The position numbers were made by a program, and so were the translations under genes. From an uncultured Bacilli bacterium (lineage in GTDB: Bacteria; Bacillota_I; Bacilli_A; RF39; UBA660), in NCBI GenBank assembly GCA_944358415.1, contig CALVRA010000001.1, positions 33,920 to 97,919 of the forward strand: a stretch of 64,000 nucleotides of DNA. The letters are read 5' to 3'. Below are positions 19,391 through 28,277 of this stretch, one piece after another. The notes under the pieces are model-generated. The model was given only the letters and a program-made list of their open reading frames with translations. It made no database searches and was not told the DNA's origin. Each line of letters begins with the position of its first letter. Position 1 is the first letter of the stretch.

Positions 19391-19523
19391 CAAAACAGTC
19401 CAAACATATTAGTATTGCCCCATATATTGTGCCAAAAATATTTTTTCGGCCATGGCGAGGCATTCGCCCCGCTACCAAACTCCTATCGGAGTTTGCGAAA
19501 TCATTCTATCCACTGTTTTATTC

Positions 19524-20453
19524 TTAACTCAAAGTGTATGGATTTGACTGGGTTCCAGTTCCTCCTGTAATTTGGACATCAGAGGAAAGAGTTATGGCAG
19601 GGCGGACCGCGTTGTTCGCAGAGAACGCGTAGGTGCTGTAGACGTTGCCGTAGTTGGTCACCTCGAACACGCGGCCAGAGACACCAGAATCAGGCGACAA
19701 TGTCCACCAAAAACTACTTGAACCAAACATCCAATCACTATTATTACATGTATGAGAATTACTATTATATGTACTGAATGTTTTACAGCTTGTATTTGAT
19801 CCCGCTCTTATATATTCGCTTACGGTTGGTAAGGCTACTTTTACATTTGATGTTGTTCCTTTTTCATCATTTATTTGATCTTGCATATCATTATTATTAT
19901 TTGTTACTGCCCCTGTATAATACGTTGACGTAACTATTTGACTTTGGGCAGTTGATGTTAAACTATTATAATAATCTTTATTCAAATATGTATTAAGACT
20001 TGCTGGACGATTCCAATTATTTGACATTGATGTGTCCCAAACTCTATTATCTATACTTGCATCCCTCATTATTTTTATAGTTCCATCTGAATTTATCGAT
20101 ATGATTCTCCAGCCGGCTTTCTCATTATTAAACGTTACATAATTATTGGGATTGGCTCCTTTATAGGTGTATTTTCCATCTTCATATTCATCTTCATATA
20201 AACCATCTCCTGAGGTTACTATATCTACATTATCTAATATTGTATCTCCGGTTGTTGGTGGGAAACAGACATTATAAAGTTCATCTATTGCTCCTTGGAC
20301 ATTAGTTGATGAAAGGCCACTTGCACTATTATCATATGTTGTTTGATTACTTGGAAAATATGTTGTTGCATATACTCCTACTACAGTAAATAATATTAAT
20401 CCGATAAAAAATCCTATTAAATATTTCTTTGAAAATTCTTTTATTTTCTTCAT
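19524..20453 (-). CDS. membrane-anchored surface protein, DGR target (C-terminal variable ligand-binding-type domain)
   Basis: N-terminal TM anchor. Conserved YDNSASGLSSTNVQGAIDELY module. C-terminal WWTLSP...AVRPAITL region contains the VR. Confidence 0.8.
   Translation of the reverse strand: MKKIKEFSKKYLIGFFIGLILFTVVGVYATTYFPSNQTTYDNSASGLSSTNVQGAIDELYNVCFPPTTGDTILDNVDIVTSGDGLYEDEYEDGKYTYKGANPNNYVTFNNEKAGWRIISINSDGTIKIMRDASIDNRVWDTSMSNNWNRPASLNTYLNKDYYNSLTSTAQSQIVTSTYYTGAVTNNNNDMQDQINDEKGTTSNVKVALPTVSEYIRAGSNTSCKTFSTYNSNSHTCNNSDWMFGSSSFWWTLSPDSGVSGRVFEVTNYGNVYSTYAFSANNAVRPAITLSSDVQITGGTGTQSNPYTLS
19534..19701 (-). repeat. DGR variable repeat (VR), at the 3' end of the target CDS
   Basis: The 3' 85 bp are identical to the TR. 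The 5' 73 bp (19619-19691) carry 21 substitutions, 20 of them opposite TR adenines. Confidence 0.8.
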
Positions 20454-20664
20454 ATAGATTTCCTTTCTAGTTTAGATTTATTATAAATGTTAAGCAGTGT
20501 CGAATGTTGTCTATTATTGTGATATTTTCTATTATTTTCATTATATAATATATATGAGATTTTTGCAATACAATTGCATTACAAACGTAATGTATCATTT
20601 GCTTATTATGTATACTAAAATTGTATTGACATATGCATTATGTTTATAGATAGGAGAGGGATAA

Positions 20665-20853
20665 ATGTTTAGATTAAAACCTGACAGGAAAGAGACTGAA
20701 AACAAATCAATTAGATTTCCCATAGATTTAATTAATCGTATTGAGAAAATATTAGTGGGAAAAAATATTTCTTTTACTGCTTTTGTAATTCAAGCCTGTG
20801 AATATGCGCTTGCTAATATGGAGGTTGAAGAAAAAAAGAAAGTAAATTCTTAA
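20665..20853 (+). CDS. small ribbon-helix-helix-type DNA-binding protein (putative)
   Basis: 62 aa. KSIRFPIDLINRIEKIL resembles an RHH beta-strand plus helix. Divergent from the DGR target gene. GGAGAGG RBS. Confidence 0.45.
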   Translation: MFRLKPDRKETENKSIRFPIDLINRIEKILVGKNISFTAFVIQACEYALANMEVEEKKKVNS

Positions 20854-21380
20854 ATAAAATTACTTTCTTTTAATTTGGTTATTATTGTTATTATTAAATC
20901 TACTAAAAATAATATACTTAATATTATAGTTAAGGATTTAGGAATTTTCTTTTCAATTTTATCGATAATTGGTTTTACAAAATAAATTACTAAGATACTA
21001 ATTATTCCCCAAGCTAAGGCCATTTCTAAAGTTATATATTTACCAATATTAAAGGTGAAATTTTTATAGTTCCACATAGTAATATTAAAAAGTTTTTCAA
21101 TTAAAATACCACCAAGCCATTCTATTAAGGTTAGGGTTACAGTTAGTACTAGGAAAGTTACTATTGTTTCAGTTACTCTACTTTTATGCATTTTTTTAAA
21201 TATTTGATTAGATATTATTATGGTTATAATCGCACCTATTCCATATATTGGGGTCCAAGGTCCGTATAGGATTCCACTTTCAAAGCTTTTAATTGAGATT
21301 AAATTAAAGATACTTTCTAAGAGAAAGCCTAAAATAGAGTAAATAAAAAAACAGTTAAGTAAATACATGTTAATCACCAT
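20850..21380 (-). CDS. polytopic membrane protein (DUF1113 / putative ABC-transporter type IV family)
   Basis: 176 aa, 4-5 TM helices. N-terminus FFIYSILGFLLESIF is typical of this family. Confidence 0.55.
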   Translation of the reverse strand: MVINMYLLNCFFIYSILGFLLESIFNLISIKSFESGILYGPWTPIYGIGAIITIIISNQIFKKMHKSRVTETIVTFLVLTVTLTLIEWLGGILIEKLFNITMWNYKNFTFNIGKYITLEMALAWGIISILVIYFVKPIIDKIEKKIPKSLTIILSILFLVDLIITIITKLKESNFI

Positions 21381-21392
21381 TATTAGTATGTA

Positions 21393-22001
21393 TTATTTAA
21401 CTGTTTTTAAACGGTATTTTTTATATATTTTTTTAGCGTTTTTTTCTAATTCTTCTAGTGAACCACTATTATTATATACAAAATCATATTCTATATTATC
21501 ATCATTATTAGTGAGTTTACATCTATAGTCTGATAGTTCTAGTTCTTTTGTGGTATTGGTTTTGCGTTCTCGTTTAGCTTTTCTAATTAGTCTATTTGAA
21601 TAATCACAAGTTACTTTTATTCGGTAATCAATAGGTATATTTAAATGATTTAAGTTAACACCTTCAATAATAATTAATTGGAAATTTTGTTTTTTTAATT
21701 TGTATAATTCTTTTTTTATTAAAATATTTACTAAAATATTTCTTAAAAATTCATAACCTTTAATTATTATTTTTTGATCACTTGTAGTAATAGGATTTTC
21801 ATTTAAACAAATGTGAGTATGATCATCATAAGGTATATATTTTATATGTTTAGAAAACAAGGTTCTTTTTAATTTATCAAAAACACAGTCCATTTCAATA
21901 ATATGAGATGAGATTTGTTTATCAAGTGCGCATTTATTAAGATATCTAGATAAGGTTGATTTCCCACAGCTAGATAATCCACATATTCCAATGATATCCA
22001 T
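21393..22001 (-). CDS. P-loop NTPase, nucleoside/nucleotide-kinase-like
   Basis: Walker A GLSSCGKST at the N-terminus. 202 aa. Start abuts the ychF stop. Confidence 0.5.
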   Translation of the reverse strand: MDIIGICGLSSCGKSTLSRYLNKCALDKQISSHIIEMDCVFDKLKRTLFSKHIKYIPYDDHTHICLNENPITTSDQKIIIKGYEFLRNILVNILIKKELYKLKKQNFQLIIIEGVNLNHLNIPIDYRIKVTCDYSNRLIRKAKRERKTNTTKELELSDYRCKLTNNDDNIEYDFVYNNSGSLEELEKNAKKIYKKYRLKTVK

Positions 22002-23107
22002 TAGACATTAAACCTAAAATGACAGATATCACCATCTTGCATGATATAGTCTTTTCCTTCTAGTCTTAGTTTGCCAGCTTCTTTGACTTTTAGTTCTGAA
22101 CCATATTTTTTTAAGTCATTAAAGCTCATGATTTCAGCTTTGATGAAGCCTCTTTCAAAGTCAGTATGTATTATACCAGCGCACTGTGGGGCTTTCATTC
22201 CTTGTTTATAGGTCCATGCTCTTACTTCATCTGGTCCAGCTGTGAGATATGTAGATAATCCTAGTAATTTATAAGAAGATTTAATTAATTTATCTAATCC
22301 ACTTTCTTCTATACCTAAGTCTTTTAAGAATTCTTTTTTATCTTCATCATCTAGTTCTGATAGTTCTGATTCTATTTTGGCACATATTGTTACAACTTCA
22401 GTTTTTTCTTTACTTGCGTATTCTTTTAATGTTTTAACATATTTATTTTCTTTATTTATGTCCTCTTCATTAACATTTGCGACATAGATGATTGGTTTTA
22501 AGGTAAGTAGGTTAAATGGTTTTAAGATTTTTAATTCTTCTTCAGTTAAATCTAAGTTTCTTGGATTGATATTTTTTTCTAAGTTTTCTTTTAGTTTTTC
22601 TAAAAGTTCAGCTTCTTTTAAGGCTTCTTTATCGTTTGCGAGTCTTGCTTTTTTTCCCATTTTGTTTAGTCTATTTTCGATTACTTCTAAGTCAGCTAGT
22701 TCTAATTCAACGTTAATTACTTCGGCGTCTCTTATAGGGTCAACATTACCAGATACATGGGTAATATTTGAATCTTCAAAACATCTAACTACTTCACAAA
22801 TGGCATCAACTTCTCTTATATGGGATAGAAATTTATTGCCTAATCCTTCTCCTTTAGATGCACCTTCGACTAGACCAGCAATATCTGTGAATTCAAAGGT
22901 GGCTGGGATTGTTTTTTTTGGTTTATACATGTTTTCTAGAAATGTTACTCTTTCATCTGGAACAGTAACCATTCCAACATTTGGTTCGATTGTTGCGAAA
23001 GGGTAGTTAGCAGCCAAAATATTTTGTTTTGTTATGGCATTAAATAAAGTTGATTTACCGACGTTTGGCAAGCCAACAATTCCTGCAGTTAAACTCATTT
23101 TCATCAC
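22001..23107 (-). CDS. ychF: ribosome-binding ATPase YchF
   Basis: GIVGLPNVGKSTLFNA, DIAGLVEGAS and a C-terminal TGS-like domain. 365-aa class. Confidence 0.95.
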   Translation of the reverse strand: MMKMSLTAGIVGLPNVGKSTLFNAITKQNILAANYPFATIEPNVGMVTVPDERVTFLENMYKPKKTIPATFEFTDIAGLVEGASKGEGLGNKFLSHIREVDAICEVVRCFEDSNITHVSGNVDPIRDAEVINVELELADLEVIENRLNKMGKKARLANDKEALKEAELLEKLKENLEKNINPRNLDLTEEELKILKPFNLLTLKPIIYVANVNEEDINKENKYVKTLKEYASKEKTEVVTICAKIESELSELDDEDKKEFLKDLGIEESGLDKLIKSSYKLLGLSTYLTAGPDEVRAWTYKQGMKAPQCAGIIHTDFERGFIKAEIMSFNDLKKYGSELKVKEAGKLRLEGKDYIMQDGDICHFRFNV

Positions 23108-23235
23108 CAGTAAGTATTATACTATAAAATAAGTTTTTTTAAAAGAAATTTATATTTTGATTTATTTTTACAAATATTTTTTTAAAATGATGTATAATGG
23201 TATAAATTGGAAGTGTTTTAGTAACTGAAAATGAA

Positions 23236-24769
23236 GTGATTCAAGCTATTGAATTAATTAGAAAATATAAAAGTGAAACTAATATGATTGAAGTTAAGAG
23301 TGCGGCTGTAGGTTTTCCTAGAAGGTGTTATGATTCTTTTTCTAGTTTTGCTAATAAAAATGGCGGATTAATTATTTTTGGAATAAATGAAGATAAAGGT
23401 TTTATTTCAGAGAATGTTTACAATGTTAAAGAATTACAAAAACAAATATCTTCATTGTGCAATGATTCAATGAAACCAAAAATTAGGGCTGAAATATTAC
23501 CTATGGAATTTGAAGGCAAAAATATTTTGGCTGTAAAAATTAACGAATTACAGCAAAATAAAAAAACCTTGCTTTTATAAACCAAAAGGGATGAAAGGCG
23601 GTTCTTATATTAGAGTTGGCGATAGTGATATGCTAATGACAGACTATGAAATCTATTCATTACAAAGTTATAATGATCACATTATTGAAGATAAAAGACC
23701 TAATAAAAGTGCTTCAATTGATGATTTAAATAAAGATTCACTTATTAAATATATTAACAAAGTTAAGATAAATAAACCTAATTTTTCAAAAAATTTTTTT
23801 GAAAAAAATTTAAAGTTATGTGGTATAACTGATTCTTCTGAAAATAACATATATCCAACATTAGCTGGTACTATGATATTTGGTGAATATCCACAATGTT
23901 ATTACCCTCAATTATTTGTAGCTTGTGTTGTTGTTCCTGGAAAAGTATTGGGGGAAACTGGAGATTTGGGCGAAAGATTCATTGATAATAAAAGAGTGGA
24001 AGGTACTATTGAAGAAATGCTTGAAGGAACAATGAATTTTTTAAGAAGAAATATGAAAAATACAGTTATTATTGATGATAATGGAATACGAAGCAATAGA
24101 GCAGAATATCCTATAGAGGCTTTAAGAGAAGCTGTGGCAAACGCTTTAATACACCGAGATTACAGTACTCAAACAGAACATGCTTATATTTCCGTATATA
24201 TGTATGAAGATAGATTAGAAATTATTAATCCTGGTGCTTTATATGGTACAAATAAATTAGAAAAATTAGGAACTGATAATATGATGGAAGTTAGAAATCC
24301 TAATATTGTGAGAATTTTGGAAGAAAAAGGTTCTGTGATTGAAAATCGACATTCTGGTATTCCAACTATGAAAAGAGAAATGAAAAAATATAATTTACCA
24401 GAACCTGAGTTTTATGAAGAAAGAGGAAGTTTTAAAGTTATATTTAGAAATAGTTTAGGAATAACTAAAGAGTATGTTGAAAATCAATGGATAAGTCAAT
24501 TAAATGAACAAAATAGTGGACTACAAATTAGTGGACAACAACGTAATAAAAAAAGAAAGAAATTGATTGAGGAATATAAAAATCGTATACTAGATTTTTG
24601 CATAAAACCAAAAAGTGCAAAAGAAATTAGTAATTATTTACAAATAAAATCTAGACAATACCTTTCTTCAAACATTATTAATCCCTTAATTATTGAGGGT
24701 AAACTGGAATATACTAACAAAAGAAGTGTAAATGCGAGAAATCAAAAATATATAACTAAAAATAAATAA
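23236..24769 (+). pseudogene. frameshifted AlbA_2 (Schlafen-like) / HATPase_c_4-type putative transcriptional regulator with C-terminal wHTH
   Basis: ORFs 23236-23580 and 23591-24769 form one protein family architecture. The frame changes in an A7 run (23560-23566). The alternate frame reads KKPCFYKPKG, continuous with MKGGSYIRVG. Confidence 0.65.
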
Positions 24770-24830
24770 GCTATTAAATTTATTAGTAGCTTTTTATTTT
24801 AAATATACTAAATAAAAAATATGGTCATAA

Positions 24831-25100
24831 ATTAGTGGACTACAAATTAGTGGACTACAAATTAGTGGACAACAACGTATTAAAAAAAGAAAAGAATTGA
24901 TTGAGGAATATAAAAATCGTATACTAGATTTTTGCATAAAACCAAAAAGTGCAAAAGAAATTATTGATTATTTACATTTAAAATCTAGACAATATATCAA
25001 CAATAAAATAATAAAGCCACTTATTGAACTTAATTTATTGGAATATACTAATAAAAAACATATAAGGTCTAATAATCAAAAATATATAACGAAAAAATAA
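24831..25100 (+). pseudogene. orphan duplicate of the C-terminal wHTH module of the upstream regulator gene
   Basis: About 110 bp nearly identical to 24520-24640, then diverged. No upstream ATG in frame (a stop at 24828-24830 precedes). Carries 3 copies, versus 2 in the parent, of a 15-bp ATTAGTGGACTACAA unit. Confidence 0.5.
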
Positions 25101-25297
25101 ATATTTTAGGAGCTTAGTTTATACGTTACTATTTTATACTAGTATACAAGTTAGTATACAAGTTCGGCATAATGAAATAAACTATATAAATAAAGTATTA
25201 TGATGTACTATAATGCTTTATTTTTGCTGTTTTTCGTTCTTTATTACGTTGTTTCGTGATATTTTATATTTTTTATTACGGTTTAAACTTTAAAAAT

Positions 25298-26515
25298 TTA
25301 GTTTTCACTAGAATTTTTATATAATATATCAATATCAACATAGCCATCAATACCATCTATTTTACCATCATCACACATTTGCCACATGAAATATTCTTTA
25401 TCATAATCTGTTTGGTCTGTGTAATGGGCAAGCCATACTGATGAGGTATGATATTTCCATATAGCATTTAAATAATTTTTACTACCATATAGAACACCTT
25501 CATAACCGGCATTATTTATAGTATTTATAAAAGATTCTGCGACTTCATTTAATCCAAAGAGGCTTAAGTTCATATCATTAAAAGCATCAAAGCTTTCGAA
25601 GTCAAATACAATAGGTAATTTGATTTCATAATTTTTTATTTGTTTAATAATCCAATTGGCTTGTTTTTTAGCTTCTTTTTTACTATCGGCATAGGAGTAA
25701 AAATATATTCCAACTTTTAGATTATTTTTTAAGGCATTTTCAATGTTTTGTTTAAAATAAGGGTCTATGATATATTCACCTTTTGTTCCTTTTTGGGAAC
25801 CAACTCTTATCATAACAAACTCTGCTCCGGCACTTTTTACTTTGGTAAAGTCAATATTTCCTTGCCATTTAGATACATCGATACCAATTTCGGTGTTCTC
25901 ATTTTTATAATTATTTAAAACTTCTTTAAAGTCTGTATACTTAGGTTCAGATGGGGTTTGAGGAGTTTGATTTGAATTTTGAACAGGTTCATAAACTGTT
26001 AAGGTGAAGTCTTTTTGAAATGTATTATTACTACTATCTTTAGCTATATATGTTAGATTATATGTTCCTTTAGTATTTATGTCATAGGTTCCTTCTATTT
26101 TGCAAGTTGGTTTATTATCATAGTTATCGACGCATATAATGTCATCTTCTAAAGTTATTTTATTTCCTACTTTACTATTATAATTACTATTTATCCAAAC
26201 TAGAGGTTTTTCGGTATCAACTATTTCTATTTCAAAGGTTCCTCTTCTTTTTTTATTATCTTTATTTAGGTAGATAAAAGTTAATTCTTGTTTACCTAAT
26301 TTTTTAGTATTTATTTTAGGTTCTTCTATTATTTTTCCTTCAATAGTATTAATATAATCTTTGATATTGGCTTTAGTATAGACTTCGGTTTTTAGATTAT
26401 CTTTTAAGGTAAAACCTGAGTTATCGTCTATTATTCTATTATTTAAGTAAATAAATATTATTATTGATAATATTATAACAATGATTAAAGAAATTATTAT
26501 TACTTTTTTTCGCAT
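25298..26515 (-). CDS. membrane-anchored GH25 muramidase (lysozyme) with an Ig-like domain
   Basis: N-terminal TM helix. GIDVSKWQGNIDFTKVKSAGAEFVMIRVG GH25 signature. Central Ig-like (DUF5011-type) segment. Confidence 0.8.
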   Translation of the reverse strand: MRKKVIIISLIIVIILSIIIFIYLNNRIIDDNSGFTLKDNLKTEVYTKANIKDYINTIEGKIIEEPKINTKKLGKQELTFIYLNKDNKKRRGTFEIEIVDTEKPLVWINSNYNSKVGNKITLEDDIICVDNYDNKPTCKIEGTYDINTKGTYNLTYIAKDSSNNTFQKDFTLTVYEPVQNSNQTPQTPSEPKYTDFKEVLNNYKNENTEIGIDVSKWQGNIDFTKVKSAGAEFVMIRVGSQKGTKGEYIIDPYFKQNIENALKNNLKVGIYFYSYADSKKEAKKQANWIIKQIKNYEIKLPIVFDFESFDAFNDMNLSLFGLNEVAESFINTINNAGYEGVLYGSKNYLNAIWKYHTSSVWLAHYTDQTDYDKEYFMWQMCDDGKIDGIDGYVDIDILYKNSSEN

Positions 26516-26559
26516 GTTACCACCCTTTTAATTGTATCAAATTCTTTTAAAAACTCCAA

Positions 26560-28074
26560 CTATAATGTTGGAGCGGCAGCGGTAGGTCCAAGAGGAATAC
26601 CAATGACAAAGAAGCCAATTACTATTAGGAACCATAAAACAGCAAATATTAAAGCGGTTGGTCTTAAAAGGTTTAAGGTTCCAAAGACGGTTATTTTATT
26701 ACTTTCTTTATTATTATATTTTTCTAAAAAGGCAAGCATAACGATAAAGTATACAAAGAATGGGGTCATACCTTTTCCGACACTATCGGCGGCTTTAAAT
26801 ATAAATTGCGTGAAGTCTGGAGTGATATTGGCTTTCATAAATAGTGGTACTAAGATAGGAGAGGCCAAAGTCCATTTTGCCATAGCATCTGGAATTAAGA
26901 ATGACATTAATATTATAGCAATAAACATTGTAACAATTAATGGAATTCCAGTGAATTCTAAGTTACTCATGAACGAGATTAGCCATGAGGCCACTACGGT
27001 TCCTAGGTTAGTCCAATTTAAAATACTAACTAATAATGAAGCAAAGAACATTAAAATAAACATATAACCTAAGTTATCAAATTCTTTTGAAAGACCTACA
27101 CTAAAGTCATTAGTGTTTTTAATGTTTTTAGAAATAAATCCATATATACCTGAACAAATCATCATGATTATTAGAAAGACAAAAGCAAAAGCGTCAGTGA
27201 ATGGAGCATCTGGTCCAAGAAGCTGAGCAACATAATCAGTTTGATTTTGGTCTAATAATATTCCTGAGCCAGGAAGTCCTGGGATGATAGTATAGATAAA
27301 TATTAACATTAGAATTATAAAGGCTATAGTACTAGCTAAAAGGCCTTTTTTAGAAATGATTAATTCATCTTCTTCTTTGATCGATTCTTTGACTTTTGGC
27401 CTTAAGATATTTTCGACAATAAGGGTTCCAAAAAATGATAAGATTAAAGTGGCGGCTATCATTGCATAAGAGTTAGACCAAGCATTGAAGATATAGTTTT
27501 CATCAACATCTACGGTGGCAGCTGCTTTAGTTAAAAGGCCTAATTGGTAGTCATCATAGTTAAATACTAAACCGGCACCATAGCCCATACTAACTCCGAT
27601 GAAAGCGGTTAGTATTCCAAGCATGGAGTTACGTCCTAAGTACTGATAAATAACAGCGGTTAGTGGAAGTACTAAAACGAATCCATATTCACCTAGGAAT
27701 GAGGATATTATTCCAGCAAATAAAGTAAAGAAAGTAACAACACCTGGCTTTAATCTTTTTAATGGGGTAAACATTGCTTTGAATAAGCCACTTGCTTTAC
27801 CAATTGATACAGCCATTAGGGAAATAATTAATAAAACAAGGGGTTCAAAGGTTTTAAAGGTATCAACTGGTGAAGAGAAAATATATTTTAATCCTTCTTC
27901 TGAGAAGATACTTTTAACGGTAACCATGGATGTCTCTAAGCTATTATTATTTATTTTAGTAATTTCTCCTTGAACACCTAAGGCGGAACAGATGCCACTT
28001 AATATCATAATTGATATGGTTAAGATAATAATAGTTATAACTGGTCCAAGTAGTATTTTTTTCTTTTTTTTCAT
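26560..28074 (-). CDS. AbgT-family transporter
   Basis: 504 aa, polytopic. Aligns by eye with MtrF/AbgT blocks (..FEPLVLLIISLMAVSIGKASGL.., ..GRNSMLGILTAFIGVSMGYGAG.., C-terminal GIPLGP). Confidence 0.8.
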   Translation of the reverse strand: MKKKKKILLGPVITIIILTISIMILSGICSALGVQGEITKINNNSLETSMVTVKSIFSEEGLKYIFSSPVDTFKTFEPLVLLIISLMAVSIGKASGLFKAMFTPLKRLKPGVVTFFTLFAGIISSFLGEYGFVLVLPLTAVIYQYLGRNSMLGILTAFIGVSMGYGAGLVFNYDDYQLGLLTKAAATVDVDENYIFNAWSNSYAMIAATLILSFFGTLIVENILRPKVKESIKEEDELIISKKGLLASTIAFIILMLIFIYTIIPGLPGSGILLDQNQTDYVAQLLGPDAPFTDAFAFVFLIIMMICSGIYGFISKNIKNTNDFSVGLSKEFDNLGYMFILMFFASLLVSILNWTNLGTVVASWLISFMSNLEFTGIPLIVTMFIAIILMSFLIPDAMAKWTLASPILVPLFMKANITPDFTQFIFKAADSVGKGMTPFFVYFIVMLAFLEKYNNKESNKITVFGTLNLLRPTALIFAVLWFLIVIGFFVIGIPLGPTAAAPTL

Positions 28075-28085
28075 GGCTTTCCTCC

Positions 28086-28277
28086 TTATAGTTTAACGAT
28101 TTTTTTTAATTTTTTATTAAATTCAATTCTTGGAAGCATAATGCTTCTTCCACAGCCTAAGCATTTTATTTTTATATCGGCACCTAACCTAGTTATTTCC
28201 CATTCGTTATGTCCGCACGGATGGGCTTTTTTCATTATGACTATGCTGCCTAATTTATAATTGTTCATTTGTAACAT
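28086..28277 (-). CDS. DUF951 (YyzM-like) small zinc-ribbon protein
   Basis: KKAHPCG...WEI.R.GADIKIKCLGCGR motif of DUF951. Confidence 0.7.
   Translation of the reverse strand: MLQMNNYKLGSIVIMKKAHPCGHNEWEITRLGADIKIKCLGCGRSIMLPRIEFNKKLKKIVKL

Noticed and set aside
19210-19407. The 65-aa ORF covering the TR, as a real protein-coding gene.
   Set aside because: It is the template repeat. It begins at an internal Met of the duplicated gene fragment, has no RBS, and has Asn-rich composition typical of TRs, so it is treated as noncoding template.
19172-19570. Plus-strand ORFs 19172-19570 and 19261-19527 across the TR/VR region.
   Set aside because: They are antisense to the clearly coding VR and TR frames. 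They stay open only because the GC-rich, Asn-codon-rich repeat lacks stops in the opposite strand. They have no RBS and implausible composition.
25298-26515. The GH25 lysozyme as a prophage endolysin marking a prophage.
   Set aside because: It has an N-terminal membrane anchor rather than a phage-lysin architecture. No holin, capsid, tail, integrase or terminase genes are nearby.
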